This document shows positions 1-9,749 of a stretch of 13,305 bases of DNA, piece by piece. Source of the DNA: Octopus sinensis (lineage: Eukaryota); the NCBI RefSeq assembly GCF_006345805.1, contig NW_021826329.1, positions 1 through 13,305 of the forward strand, in the 5' to 3' direction. The position numbers were made by a program, and so were the translations under genes. Under the pieces are notes generated by a model. It was not told the origin of the DNA and ran no database searches. It was given only the letters and a program-made list of their open reading frames with translations. The first letter of the stretch is position 1; every line of letters begins with the position of its first letter.

Positions 1-200
1 TTGTCCATCCCCCAACATCGCTTGACAACCGATGCTGGTGAGTTTACATCCCCGTCACTTAGCGGTTCGGCAAAGAGACCGATAAATAGTAACTGGGAAG
101 CTTACAAAAAATAGTCCTGGGGTCGATTTGCTCGACTAAGGGCGGTGCTCCAGCATGGCTGCAGTCAAATGACTGAAACAAGTAAAGAGTAAAAGAGTAA
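1..200 (+). mobile_element. SINE family A, 3' portion (cut by window start)
   Basis: Ends ggcggtgctccagcatggctgcagtcaaatgactgaaacaagtaaa plus an A-rich repeated tail. The same end occurs at about 12223-12280 downstream of a tRNA-like head, and the middle recurs inverted at 6635-6743. Confidence 0.85.
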
Positions 201-580
201 TGACAAAGTAATTTTTTACTAAATTCTTCACTATTTCATGCTTATTTTTATATAGTAACCTTCCATTTTTTGGCAATTTCTGAAAACCCCTCGTGTATTT
301 TCCTAATGCTCATTCACCAATCACTCTATAATTTGTCATATGGAAGGGTGCAGGCTTAATTAACATGGTCTTCTGGTGACCAGTGATAAAAGTAATAAAG
401 CAACTTCCGGTGTTTATTTATTTTAAGCTTTGTTTGGAGAAAACTGTAAGTCATTGCTACTGACTACAATTCAAGCAATGGCTAAATTCAGGAAACCTGT
501 GAATGGGCGATAAAATACAGACCTAGCTACATTACACAAAACTTACAGGACACTTGTGAAGTAGATATTCTATATGCACG

Positions 581-905
581 TGGTGTGTGTGTGTGTGTGT
601 GTGTGGTGTGTGTGTGTGTGTGTGTATGTGTGCTTGTGTGTGTGTTGGGTGTCTTGTATATATGTGTGGTATGAGTATTTACATGCATGTATGTATGTGT
701 GTGTATGTATGCTGTATGTATAAATGTATATATTATATTATGTATGCATATACATGCAAACAAACTCCTATCTATATATATATAATATCTATATATATAT
801 ACCCAAACCATTTATATGTATTACATACTCATGAACTACATGAATATGTATATGTACACACACACATACATACATTATATATGCATGTATGTTTGTGTGT
901 GTGTG
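581..905. repeat. Compound (TG)n/(TATG)n/(TA)n microsatellite
   Basis: Directly visible di- and tetranucleotide runs. Confidence 0.95.
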
Positions 906-1010
906 AGTTGACATCTGATGTCCCTGTCCCATGCTGGCATGGTTAGAGAGGATCCACTGATACATATGTAAATAAACATAGTTATCATCATATCTCTCCT
1001 CTCCTCACAC

Positions 1011-1033
1011 TATATATATCATTATATATATAT

Positions 1034-1078
<45 letters not shown>

Positions 1079-1137
1079 TATGTATTTTATATATATATAT
1101 ATATTGTGTAAGTGTGTTATATATATATATATATATC

Positions 1138-1169
<32 letters not shown>

Positions 1170-1275
1170 TATATATATATGATATAATATAATATGTATG
1201 TATATATATATACTTACATTGTGTATGTGGGATATATATATATTAATATATATATGTCCATATATACATATAATG
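1011..1275. repeat. Imperfect (TA)n microsatellite
   Basis: Directly visible. Confidence 0.95.
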
Positions 1276-1560
1276 TATGTCTAAATATAAGATAACAAAC
1301 AAAGGACAACATTTCCTTCAAAGGGATGTGTAAAGCATCCAATTCATTGGTACTATGTTGAATACAACAATTGGTTATATATAAAAAAATATATATAAAG
1401 TCGAATCGGAAACAAATTGTGTTATCTTTTTTAGGTTTTTTATAAATAAGTGTTATATGTTGTCATTATATTACATCATATTCATAGTATGATGTATTAC
1501 ATATATGTATTATAGTATTATGTTATAATATGAATAAATTATTGGTTTGTCATTTATATG

Positions 1561-1566
1561 TGTCAT

Positions 1567-1616
<50 letters not shown>

Positions 1617-1679
1617 TAAACATATACATACATACACATATTACACACACACGCGTACATACATACATAAATACATATA

Positions 1680-1710
<31 letters not shown>

Positions 1711-1722
1711 TGACATACACAC
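1561..1722. repeat. (TA)n/(CA)n microsatellite
   Basis: Directly visible. Confidence 0.9.
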
Positions 1723-1773
1723 AGGGCAGACTCAACAAACCTGTATCGACTCAAGCTCAAATTCACAGCCTCC

Positions 1774-1839
1774 ACATTGGACCATTACTGGTGGTGAGAA
1801 CAAGCTGAGGCCTTGGTCCTGCAGTGGACTGAGGACTAA
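1774..1839 (+). pseudogene. Decayed C-terminal end of an RTE-clade LINE ORF
   Basis: Translates TLDHYWW*EQAEALVLQWTED*, resembling the RTE ORF terminus pattern DRxxWRxxxEAxVxQW. The internal TGA may be a decayed CGA. A 9-bp stem (ccttggtcc/ggactgagg) overlaps it, and the island is flanked by microsatellites. Confidence 0.5.
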
Positions 1840-1852
1840 ACATAGGCATCAA

Positions 1853-1939
1853 ATATATATAATATATATATATCATATTATACTATGATATTATACTATT
1901 TTATATATATATATATATACATGCTCATATAAATATATC

Positions 1940-1996
<57 letters not shown>
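1853..1996. repeat. (TA)n microsatellite
   Basis: Directly visible. Confidence 0.95.
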
Positions 1997-1999
<3 letters not shown>

Positions 2000-2136
2000 G
2001 CGTTAGGAAGGGCATCAAGCTGTAGAAACATTGCCAATTAGACTGGAGCCTGTGCGCCTCTGGCTTCCCAGACCCCGGTCGAAAACCGTCAACCCATGCT
2101 AGCATGGAGAACGGACGTTAAACGACGATGATGATT
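1997..2136 (+). mobile_element. SINE-like family B (RTE-type tail), 5'-truncated copy
   Basis: ttggcgttaggaagggcatc...ccatgctagcatgg...acgttaaacgacgatgatgat. Reverse complement of the copies at 2301, 5489, 6822, 10672 and 12503. Confidence 0.9.
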
Positions 2137-2300
2137 ATTTATATATATATATATATATACATATATATATACATATATATATACATATATAATATACATA
2201 TATATATATTGACACACCCACAAACATACCTACAAAGATGACTTGCGTATATATATATATATATATTATATATTATATATACTATATATATTATATATAT
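2137..2300. repeat. (TA)n-rich microsatellite
   Basis: Directly visible. Confidence 0.9.
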
Positions 2301-2636
2301 CATCATCATCAACAACATCAGTTTAACGTCGGCTTTCCATGCTGGCATGGGTTGGACAGTTTGACTGAGAACTGGTGAGCCTGATGGCTGCACCAGGCTC
2401 TAATCTGATCTGGCAGAGTTTCTACAGCTAGATGCTCTTCAAAACGCCAACCACTCCAAGAGTGTAGTGGATGCTTTTATGTGCCAGTCAAATGGTACTG
2501 GCAACAGCCATGCTCAAATGGTGTTTTTTATATGCCACCTGCATAGGAGCCAGTCCAGTGACACTGGCTCAAATGGTGCTTTTTATGTGCCACCTGCACA
2601 GGAGCCAGTCCAGCGGCACTTGCAATGACCTCGCTC
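2301..2636 (-). mobile_element. SINE-like family B with about 3 decayed internal tandem units
   Basis: (CAT)n tail, shared family-B core, then ggtgcttttatgtgccacc...gccagt...actggc units. Confidence 0.9.
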
Positions 2637-2709
2637 TGTCAACAGGAAGAGGTCCAGCCTTCATTTTAAAAACACCACAACCCACAAACAAACACGTACA
2701 CGTTTTTCC

Positions 2710-3246
2710 ACATATGTAGTAGATACTAATATATATATATATATATATAATATATATATATCTATATATATATATTATATATATATATATATATATACTA
2801 CATATATTATATATATTTACATATATATATTTATACAAACATATATATATATATATATACATATATAACATACTATATATATTTATACAACATACATATA
2901 TATATTTATACATATATACATATATATATTTATACAAACATACATATATATTTATATATATATATACATATATATTTATACATACATACATACATATATT
3001 TATACGTACATACATACAATATATATACATACATACATATTATGTATCTATACATATATATATATGTACAGGTATATATACATATATATATATATATATA
3101 AGTATAAACCACGTATATACACATATATATACAGATATGTATACACGTATATACAAACACACATAATATATATATATATATACATATAGATAATACAATA
3201 TATATTATATTATAATATATATATATATATATATACCCATATATAT
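2710..3246. repeat. Long imperfect (TA)n/(TACA)n tract with a recurring tttatac motif at about 23 bp spacing in 2880-3005
   Basis: Directly visible. Confidence 0.9.
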
Positions 3247-3249
3247 CCC

Positions 3250-3344
3250 CTAATGAGATACATCTGCACCACTGGATGCTCCTGAACCAGTTGTTGAGTG
3301 TTCCCCCAAGAGGAATCAATGCTAGATGTGTCGAAACAATTGTT
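3250..3344 (+). ncRNA. Degenerate type I hammerhead-like motif (G5A), probable Penelope-like remnant
   Basis: CTAATGA (3250-3256); stem II gatacatct (3257-3265) pairing agatgtgtc (3324-3332); GAAA (3333-3336); C-aatt-G stem III; GTT triplet. Stem I is not intact. Confidence 0.6.
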
Positions 3345-3391
3345 TGATTAACAATATATATTGTATATTCCATCTTCTGTCTTTCATTTGC

Positions 3392-3798
3392 TATATATAT
3401 ATATTATATATATATATATCTATAAATATATGTACATTATTCGGTAGCCAGATAATATATATATGTGTATATATGTTATATATAATGTCTAAATATATAT
3501 ATATATGTGTATATATATGTATATATGTATAGTATATATATGAATATACTATATATGTTATATTATTTATATGTATATATATATGACTATATAAACATGC
3601 ATATATATATGTATATATATATAGTATGTGTGTTTGTATATATAATATTATATGGTATAATATATATATATGTGTGTGTATATATATTTGTATATATATC
3701 TACATATTTATATATCTATCTATCTATCAATCTATCTATCTATATATATATATATATACATACACATACCCATATATGTGTGAGTGCGTCTGTCTATC

Positions 3799-3828
<30 letters not shown>
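3392..3828. repeat. Compound (TA)n/(TCTA)n/(TG)n microsatellite
   Basis: Directly visible. Confidence 0.95.
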
Positions 3829-3829
<1 letters not shown>

Positions 3830-3869
3830 ATAACCCATACCAGTATATGTTACAAAGATGATGATGTGA

Positions 3870-4185
3870 TGTAGACTCATTATACCTGAATAGTTGAGAA
3901 GCTCACTTCACCACCAAGTTCACACTCACCGCATGCCATCTTAAACAAATATTGGGTTGACTCATACTATGTGACTGAAATTGGATAGACAGAAACTATA
4001 CTGATATCTATCGAATAAATTGTGTCTCTAATTCAAAGCATACAGCCTTGTCACACACTTTGTCATCATGCTGATTTCGTTTGAGAAATATACTAAGAGT
4101 ACATGTGTCTCTGGACTGCTGAGATGACAACATGTGAATTTTGGAGCTGGTAATTAAGTTGATCAACCACTTGAATCCTCATCAA
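3870..4185 (+). mobile_element. Highly decayed SINE
   Basis: tgtgactgaaattggatagacagaaact resembles tgtaggtagatttggcagacagaaact of family A (about 12132-12158). The 3' part resembles, from memory only, another octopus SINE tail. Confidence 0.4.
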
Positions 4186-4190
4186 CCAAG

Positions 4191-4235
4191 ATATATAAAT
4201 ATACATACATATGTATGTATATGTATACATATATA

Positions 4236-4288
<53 letters not shown>

Positions 4289-4298
4289 ATATATATAC
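4191..4298. repeat. (TA)n/(TG)n microsatellite
   Basis: Directly visible. Confidence 0.95.
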
Positions 4299-5020
4299 GA
4301 GTAAAACGCCCCCCCCCCGTCCACTGTACAGTGCTGAGTTGTCAAACATTTAAACCAAATTTTCTCAAAACAACTTGTCCGACTGTCCCATAGGCCTCCC
4401 TTTTCAGAAACACTGATTTAACCTAAATTTGAGACACCGTGCATTTTTCTTGCGTATGCGTAGTATCGATCGCAACAGCTGATGTACTTGCCCATATAAA
4501 TGCACGTTCCCATGGCTTTATCAATCGCATTCTCACGTTGAACTGATTTTTGTAATTTTTTCAAGACTTATACACGCCCTGATACCGTTGGTATCTACAT
4601 ATCAAATTTGAGCGCAATCAGATGGAGGATGCCCTATTTCGGTAATTTCAACCAATCAATGGCATGTATTCAGCTAAATAAAATTACTGCCATTGTTTGT
4701 AAACAACAACTATCAGCGGTGTATTTTTCCTTTGTCACTGTTATTTATGACATTGTTCATGTGTTTGTACTAGTTTTAGCTTTAAAGTTTTAGGGCTAAG
4801 GTGTTAGGGTTTAAGGTTTTAGGGCTAGGGTTGTCATAAATAACAGTGACAAATGAAATATACACCGCCGGAAGTTCTTGTTGACAAACAACAGTAGTAA
4901 TTTTATTCAGCTGAATACACATCACTGATTGGTTAAAATTACCAAAATAGGACAACTTTAACGTAAAATAACTTCGTAAATATAAGTTTTTCTCAAAAAT
5001 ACGTCAGTCAAAAGGTAAAT
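4299..5020. mobile_element. Putative non-autonomous DNA element (or two fused elements) inserted in a TA tract
   Basis: Complex, CpG-retaining block bounded by (TA)n on both sides and containing the 120-bp inverted repeat. No terminal inverted repeats found, so the class is unresolved. Confidence 0.45.
4633..4951. repeat. 120-bp inverted repeat with a 79-bp spacer containing TTAGGG-like units
   Basis: Arms 4633-4752 and 4832-4951 align without gaps, with 17 mismatches in 120 by hand count. TTAGGG at 4790, 4804 and 4819; CTAGGG at 4825. Confidence 0.95.
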
Positions 5021-5022
5021 AT

Positions 5023-5023
<1 letters not shown>

Positions 5024-5077
<54 letters not shown>

Positions 5078-5220
5078 TATATGTATATACACACATCATT
5101 TATACATACATACACACATATGTATGTAAGTACATGTACATGTATCTATGTATTATGTACATCTGTTAGCAATATATGTGAATATGCGATGATTGTGTGT
5201 GTGTGCGTGTGCGCGCATAT
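5024..5220. repeat. (TA)n/(TACA)n/(TG)n microsatellites
   Basis: Directly visible. Confidence 0.9.
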
Positions 5221-5284
5221 GTGGGCATCATTGCAAGGGCTCCATAACTTAACATAACAAAGAATTTCAGGTAAAACCTTATAA

Positions 5285-5473
5285 ATGCTGCATTTTATGG
5301 AATTTATATGGAAACTACAAAAAGGAAAAAGACAGAAAAAAGTACAGACCACATTGTATCAAAACAATTGGGAAGGCTTGAAGACTTTTAAAAGAAACTC
5401 TGAGAAAACATACACCCAATCAATCAGCAAAATGAGAGGAGAACTAAAGCACTCTGAAAGCACGATAGACTAG
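5285..5473 (+). pseudogene. Possible decayed Tc1/mariner transposase helix-turn-helix fragment
   Basis: SISKMRGELKHSESTI resembles the SxRKxARELxVSxSTI helix-turn-helix pattern. No catalytic domain or TIRs seen. Confidence 0.25.
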
Positions 5474-5488
5474 CAAATATATATATAT

Positions 5489-5760
5489 ATCATCATCATC
5501 ATTTAACGTCCGCTTTCTATGCTAGCATGGGTTGGACGATTTGACTGAGCTGTGGCGAACCAGACTCCAATCTGATCTGGCAGAGTTTCTACAGCTGGAT
5601 ACCCTTCCTAACGCCAACCACTCCAAGAGTGTAGTGGGTGCTTTTACATGTCACCGGCACGAGGGCCAGTTTGGTGGTACTGGCAATGGCCACGTCCAAA
5701 TAGTGCTCTTTACGTGCCACCTGCACAGGAGCCAGTCCAGCGGCACTGGCGACGTCCTCA
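5489..5760 (-). mobile_element. SINE-like family B, 2 tandem units, small core deletion
   Basis: (CAT)n tail and family-B core; the segment between ttgactgag and cagactcc is shorter than in other copies. Confidence 0.9.
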
Positions 5761-5852
5761 AGTCATTCCGATGCATAGATCTGGTTTTGAAAGTAAACTC
5801 TTCAATTATTAAATCAATACAACAAGAATAAGAAACTAAACAATGACTATAT

Positions 5853-6127
5853 ATAAATGAAAAAATGTATGGTAAATAAACAAATGACAGAATGTAAACT
5901 GAGTGTACAACTGGACAGGAGACAAACACAAGGTCCTTAATTCTTGATCAGTTATCAACCAATTGGTAATACTCAGTTATGCACCATTAATGATAGGGAA
6001 ACTGAGAATTACCAATTGGTTGATAACTGATGAAAAATTAGGGACCTTTTGTGTTTGTCTCCCATCTGGTTGTATACTCAGTATATGTTATGTTGTTTGT
6101 TTATTTACCATATATTTTTTCATTTAT
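5853..6127. repeat. About 275-bp imperfect palindrome (foldback), possibly Penelope-like derived
   Basis: Arms 5853-5978 and 6000-6127 are reverse complements (e.g. atcagttatcaaccaattggtaat / attaccaattggttgataactgat). The centre cattaatg (5985-5992) is itself palindromic. Confidence 0.93.
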
Positions 6128-6180
6128 TAAGTAATGGAATGCAGCACACACCGAATTTATATTAACAAGTTTCATATATA

Positions 6181-6479
6181 CAGGGATTCCTCGACTTGCG
6201 CGAGTAATGGGGGGAACCGCAATTCGAAATTCGCGCAAGTCGAGTACCAGATATTGTTTTCTATAAATATTTTTCGGGATAACTGCTAAATATTGTTATA
6301 TTAAAGAAACACTTGGAGAAAGATAACAGACAAGGCAATGCAACCATGGATAATAAATATTTTTACAACAAGCGCAAGTCGAGAATACAACTCGCGCAAC
6401 CTGAACACTCAATATCAAAATTGGCTCGCGCAAGTCGAATTTCGCACAAGTTGAACTCACGCAAGTCGGGGAATCCCTG
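6181..6479. mobile_element. 299-bp MITE, Tc1/mariner-pogo (Tigger-like) type
   Basis: TA|cagggattcctcgacttgcgcgagt ... actcacgcaagtcggggaatccctg|TA. 25-bp TIRs match 23/25, TA target duplication, CAG terminus, internal cgcaagtcga repeats. Confidence 0.9.
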
Positions 6480-6634
6480 TATATGTGTGTATGTGTGTGT
6501 GTGTACGTGTGTATGATTAAGAGAAATAAGCTCTATTAAGTAATTCAATAGTGGAAGACATTATCCATATTATATAGAAAAAATTTAAATATACTATAAT
6601 AAATATTATTAAAAAAAAGCACTAAATTAAATAA

Positions 6635-6743
6635 ACCTAGTACTTATTCTACTGGGCTCCTTTGCCGAATCACTAGGTTACAGGGATGGAAACACACCAA
6701 CACCAGCCATCAAACAGTGGTGAGGGACAAACAGGGACACAAA
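6635..6743 (-). mobile_element. SINE family A internal fragment
   Basis: Reverse complement resembles 1-100 (tttgccgaa, cctagtacttattcta, acaccaacacc, gggacaaaca). Confidence 0.75.
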
Positions 6744-6821
6744 TGTTTATTTAAATCCCGGGGTCAATTTTTTCCATGTTAATTGTTAACAAGGGAAAAA
6801 TACACACATCTATTTATATAT

Positions 6822-7122
6822 ATCATCATCATCATTTAGCGTCTGCTTTCCATGCTAGCATGGGTTGGACGGTTCAACTGGGGTCTGGGAAGCCAGAAGG
6901 CTACACCAGGCCCAGTCTGATCTGGCAATGTTTCTACAGCTGGATGCCCTTCCTAACGCCAACCACTCCATGAGTGTAGTGGGTGCTTTTTACATGCCAC
7001 CGGCACAGGTGCCAGACGAGGCTGGCAAACGGCCACGATCGAATGGTGCTTTTTATGTGCCACTGGCATGGGGGCCAGGCGAGGCTGGCAACGGCCACAA
7101 TCAGATGGTGCTTTTTATATGT
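6822..7122 (-). mobile_element. SINE-like family B, 2 tandem units
   Basis: (CAT)n tail and core; shares ggttcaactggggtctg and caggcccagtc with the 12503 copy. Confidence 0.92.
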
Positions 7123-7237
7123 AGTCTATTTTAAGCTACAACAGCAACAACATGAATTTCTTCCATCTTCTTGCTCAGTTCAAGTATTTGAGAAAAATCA
7201 TATCAATGTGTCCAACTGGTTAAAATCCTATTTATTT

Positions 7238-7304
7238 GTGCAGCTGATGATAGTACTGCATTTAAATTAACGTAATGGAGCTGCTTGAAACGGATGTACT
7301 GCGT
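7238..7304 (+). ncRNA. Type I minimal hammerhead ribozyme candidate
   Basis: Stem I GUGCAG (7238-7243) / CUGCGU (7299-7304); CUGAUGA (7244-7250); imperfect stem II; GAAA (7287-7290); stem III C-GGAU-G; GUA triplet (7296-7298). Confidence 0.65.
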
Positions 7305-7444
7305 CACTTCTTGATATCCTGTTGCTTATTTTGATTTTATTCACCTTACTTCGAGCTGTGCGGATAATACTGGACTGACTTGGTGCTTCAACTTCAGTAC
7401 ATAATTCAACTGAATCTCAATTATTTACATGTATGTATGTATGT

Positions 7445-7676
7445 GGAAGAGAGTGTAATTCGGCAGGAGGACTTAAATGACATGCAAATGTACATAAAGC
7501 CCAGTTACAACTACAGCCGGCTATTACCAGTAAAGGTTTTAGTTGCCAATTCTGTACAAGACATTGTAGATCTTTAGCTGGGCTAAAAAGTCACATTCGA
7601 TCACAGCACCAATAATAGTTAAGCTTCGTGCAATGGCCATACTCGATAACGAGGGGGCAGCCATCATCATCATCAT
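7445..7676 (+). mobile_element. 3' end of an RTE (BovB-like) LINE with C2H2-type motif
   Basis: 7535-7615 translates GFSCQFCTRHCRSLAGLKSHIRSQHQ*, like the CxxC..R.C.S..GL.SH.R..H end of some RTE ORFs. Followed by a ctcg-ataa-cgag stem-loop and a (CAT)n tail. In-frame TGA upstream at 7478. Confidence 0.8.
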
Positions 7677-7750
7677 GTGTATATGTATGTATGCATGTAT
7701 GTATGTGTATGTATGCGTGTGTATGTATGTGTGTATGTATGTATGCATAC
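7677..7750. repeat. (TATG)n microsatellite
   Basis: Directly visible. Confidence 0.9.
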
Positions 7751-8298
7751 ATCCTCAATCAAACATTGAATGAAACATAGAAACATATATAAATCTACTG
7801 CATATCACAGACATTACCTGTATTCTTGCAGAAGTGTGAATATATTTTTCCCTTGATTTAGACATACTTTAAACAAGGAACTCATGACTAAAACGCCATG
7901 TAGGTCAGTGCCTTACATCATCCTTCATTTGGTGATATCTAAAAGTGACATCAAAAAAAAAAGAAGTTTAGCCTACTGTTGAAGCATCATATTAAGAACC
8001 ATAATGTCACTGTTGCACTACAAAATCCCACTTTCAACATTTACTGTTCTCTTTCCAGAGATATTCACCACTGACACCTAATTAAATGTTATTGCTGTGT
8101 AAATTGCTTGATGAGTGTAAGTGATAAAAAAGCAAAACAAAAATAAATAAATAAAAAAAACTGTTCCTGAAACTAAGCCTGACTATGTCTGTTGTTCCTT
8201 TTGATAACTCCCTGTAACTTCAACCGTGAACTTTGACCTTTTCAAGCTACTATCCAACTGCAAAGTTTACAAGGGTGATGCAGTTTAATAGCTGGAGA

Positions 8299-8378
8299 TA
8301 TATATATATATATAGATATATAGATGTTGATATGAGTATGTGTGTGTGTGTGTGCACATGTGCATGTGTCTGTGCATC
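8299..8378. repeat. (TA)n/(TG)n microsatellite
   Basis: Directly visible. Confidence 0.85.
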
Positions 8379-8760
8379 TATAATACACAAAGAGTTGCAA
8401 GTAAGCACAAGTATAGATTTCATGTTGCAAAAATATTGCATCTTTATAAGATTTGCTAAATATTATTGTTGACAATATAACGATTTTTAAAAAAAATTTA
8501 ATGTTATTATCATTACTTTTTATTTGAAGTTATTATCATTATTATTGTTGCTTTTGGAAACATAAGAGCAACTCTGGAATGTTCAAAGTCATTTACTGAA
8601 TAAGTTCAATAATAATTGGTTTCTGATATTTAATAGTATGCGTTGTACTTGACATCTGACAGTGATATGAAGCAAGACTGCCATTTCAGACTAGATTCTG
8701 AAATTAAAAAAATAGGGTTAAATTTGGGAATATTTCTACAGAAATAAATAATGTTTTGTA

Positions 8761-8925
8761 GTTTTTGGCTCAAGGCCAACAATTTTTGAAGGGAAGGCTT
8801 TGTTGATTACACTGCCAACAGTACTTGACAAATACCTTATTTTATTGGTCCTAAAAGGAAAAAAACGGCCAAGTTGACCTCAGTCGAATTTGAACTCAAA
8901 GTGAGAAGAAATATCACAAAATATA
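8761..8925 (-). mobile_element. SINE family C, decayed
   Basis: Reverse complement aligns to 10240-10406, including a B-box-like gagttcaaattc, aggtcaactt, aataaaataaggta and gccttgagccaaaa. Confidence 0.7.
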
Positions 8926-8929
8926 GATA

Positions 8930-9100
8930 TGTTGTAAAGAAGTTTGGTCCCCGACTATGAGGTTTTGAGTTTGATTCCCCTGTATGGCAACTTGGATAAG
9001 CATTTTCAACTATAGTCCTGGGCCAACCAAAGACTTGAGAGTTAATTTGGCAGTTGGAAACTGAAAGAAGTCTGTCGTGTGTGCATGTGTTTGTGTTGCC
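8930..9100 (+). mobile_element. SINE family A 5' half, decayed
   Basis: actatagtcctgggccaaccaaagacttg...atttggcagttggaaactgaaagaag aligns to about 12105-12165. Confidence 0.75.
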
Positions 9101-9529
9101 CAGAAGCAACACACACACACACACATAAATGTACACGTGCACAAACACACACACCTATGTACATGTATCCAAACATTTCATAATTCTTGCTGAAAGTTTG
9201 AAATGTTTTTTATATAACAGAAGTATATTATCTTAAATCTAGAATAAAACATAACTGAAGTAAATTACCCAGATCAGTCTTCTGTATTAAATATATATAA
9301 TCACTGCTAATGTAGTTAAATGTAGTGAACAAAAAAAAAAGTCTATGAAAATTATACCTGTAGTAAGGAGAAAAATATGTCTAACTGCTTAATTCTGGTC
9401 AAGAAAGATAAGGAAGAGAACTCCAAAATTTTAATATATAAAAACTATGTGGAGATGTAGTGAGAATGGGAAATATGACTGCTCTTTGGCAATACAGTGA
9501 CAAATCTGGATATGTTTCTTTTTTATTAA

Positions 9530-9749
9530 CCCTTCAGTGTTTAAACCGGCTATATCCAGCCCGAATATTCTTCTCATTTTATGCTCAAACTGGCCAGAAC
9601 TTGTATCTCACACCTACCCTGCAATGTAATTCTAAAAATAAACAATTACATCTTTCAAATCTTGAAGCTACAAGATAATACCAGATCAATTTTTTTAAAT
9701 GTAAATGAATAAGAATTACTTATGACATATTAATTTGAATGCTAAAGGG
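9530..9749. mobile_element. 220-bp piggyBac-type MITE
   Basis: TTAA|cccttcagtgtttaaa ... tttgaatgctaaaggg|TTAA. TTAA duplication, CCC/GGG termini, 12/16 TIR match. Confidence 0.82.

Noticed and set aside
428-445. Possible 18-nt microexon (ttttaag|...|gtaagt)
   Set aside because: Weak AAG acceptor; such motifs occur by chance in AT-rich DNA.
527-4393. ORFs rich in YI, CV and HT dipeptides
   Set aside because: Translations of (TA)n, (TG)n and (CA)n tracts, which lack stop codons.
4771-4832. True telomere or fusion site
   Set aside because: Short, degenerate, single orientation and enclosed by inverted arms.
7267-7416. Minus-strand 49-codon open frame (DSVELCTEVEAPSQSSIIRTARSKVNKIK...APLR*) with downstream AATAAA
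   Set aside because: No ATG, poor splice acceptor, no recognised homology; it overlaps the hammerhead antisense. tBLASTn or RNA-seq could revive it.
7535-7615. Host C2H2 zinc-finger gene
   Set aside because: Single finger with an upstream in-frame stop, followed by an RTE-type stem-loop and (CAT)n tail; better explained as a LINE end.
7818-7938. Possible minus-strand exon (T-rich tract ...cttttag acceptor, cag|gtaatg donor)
   Set aside because: Stops in all three frames; only a 16-codon MSKSREKYIHTSARIQ start is possible and no partner exon was found. A UTR or non-coding exon cannot be excluded without RNA data.
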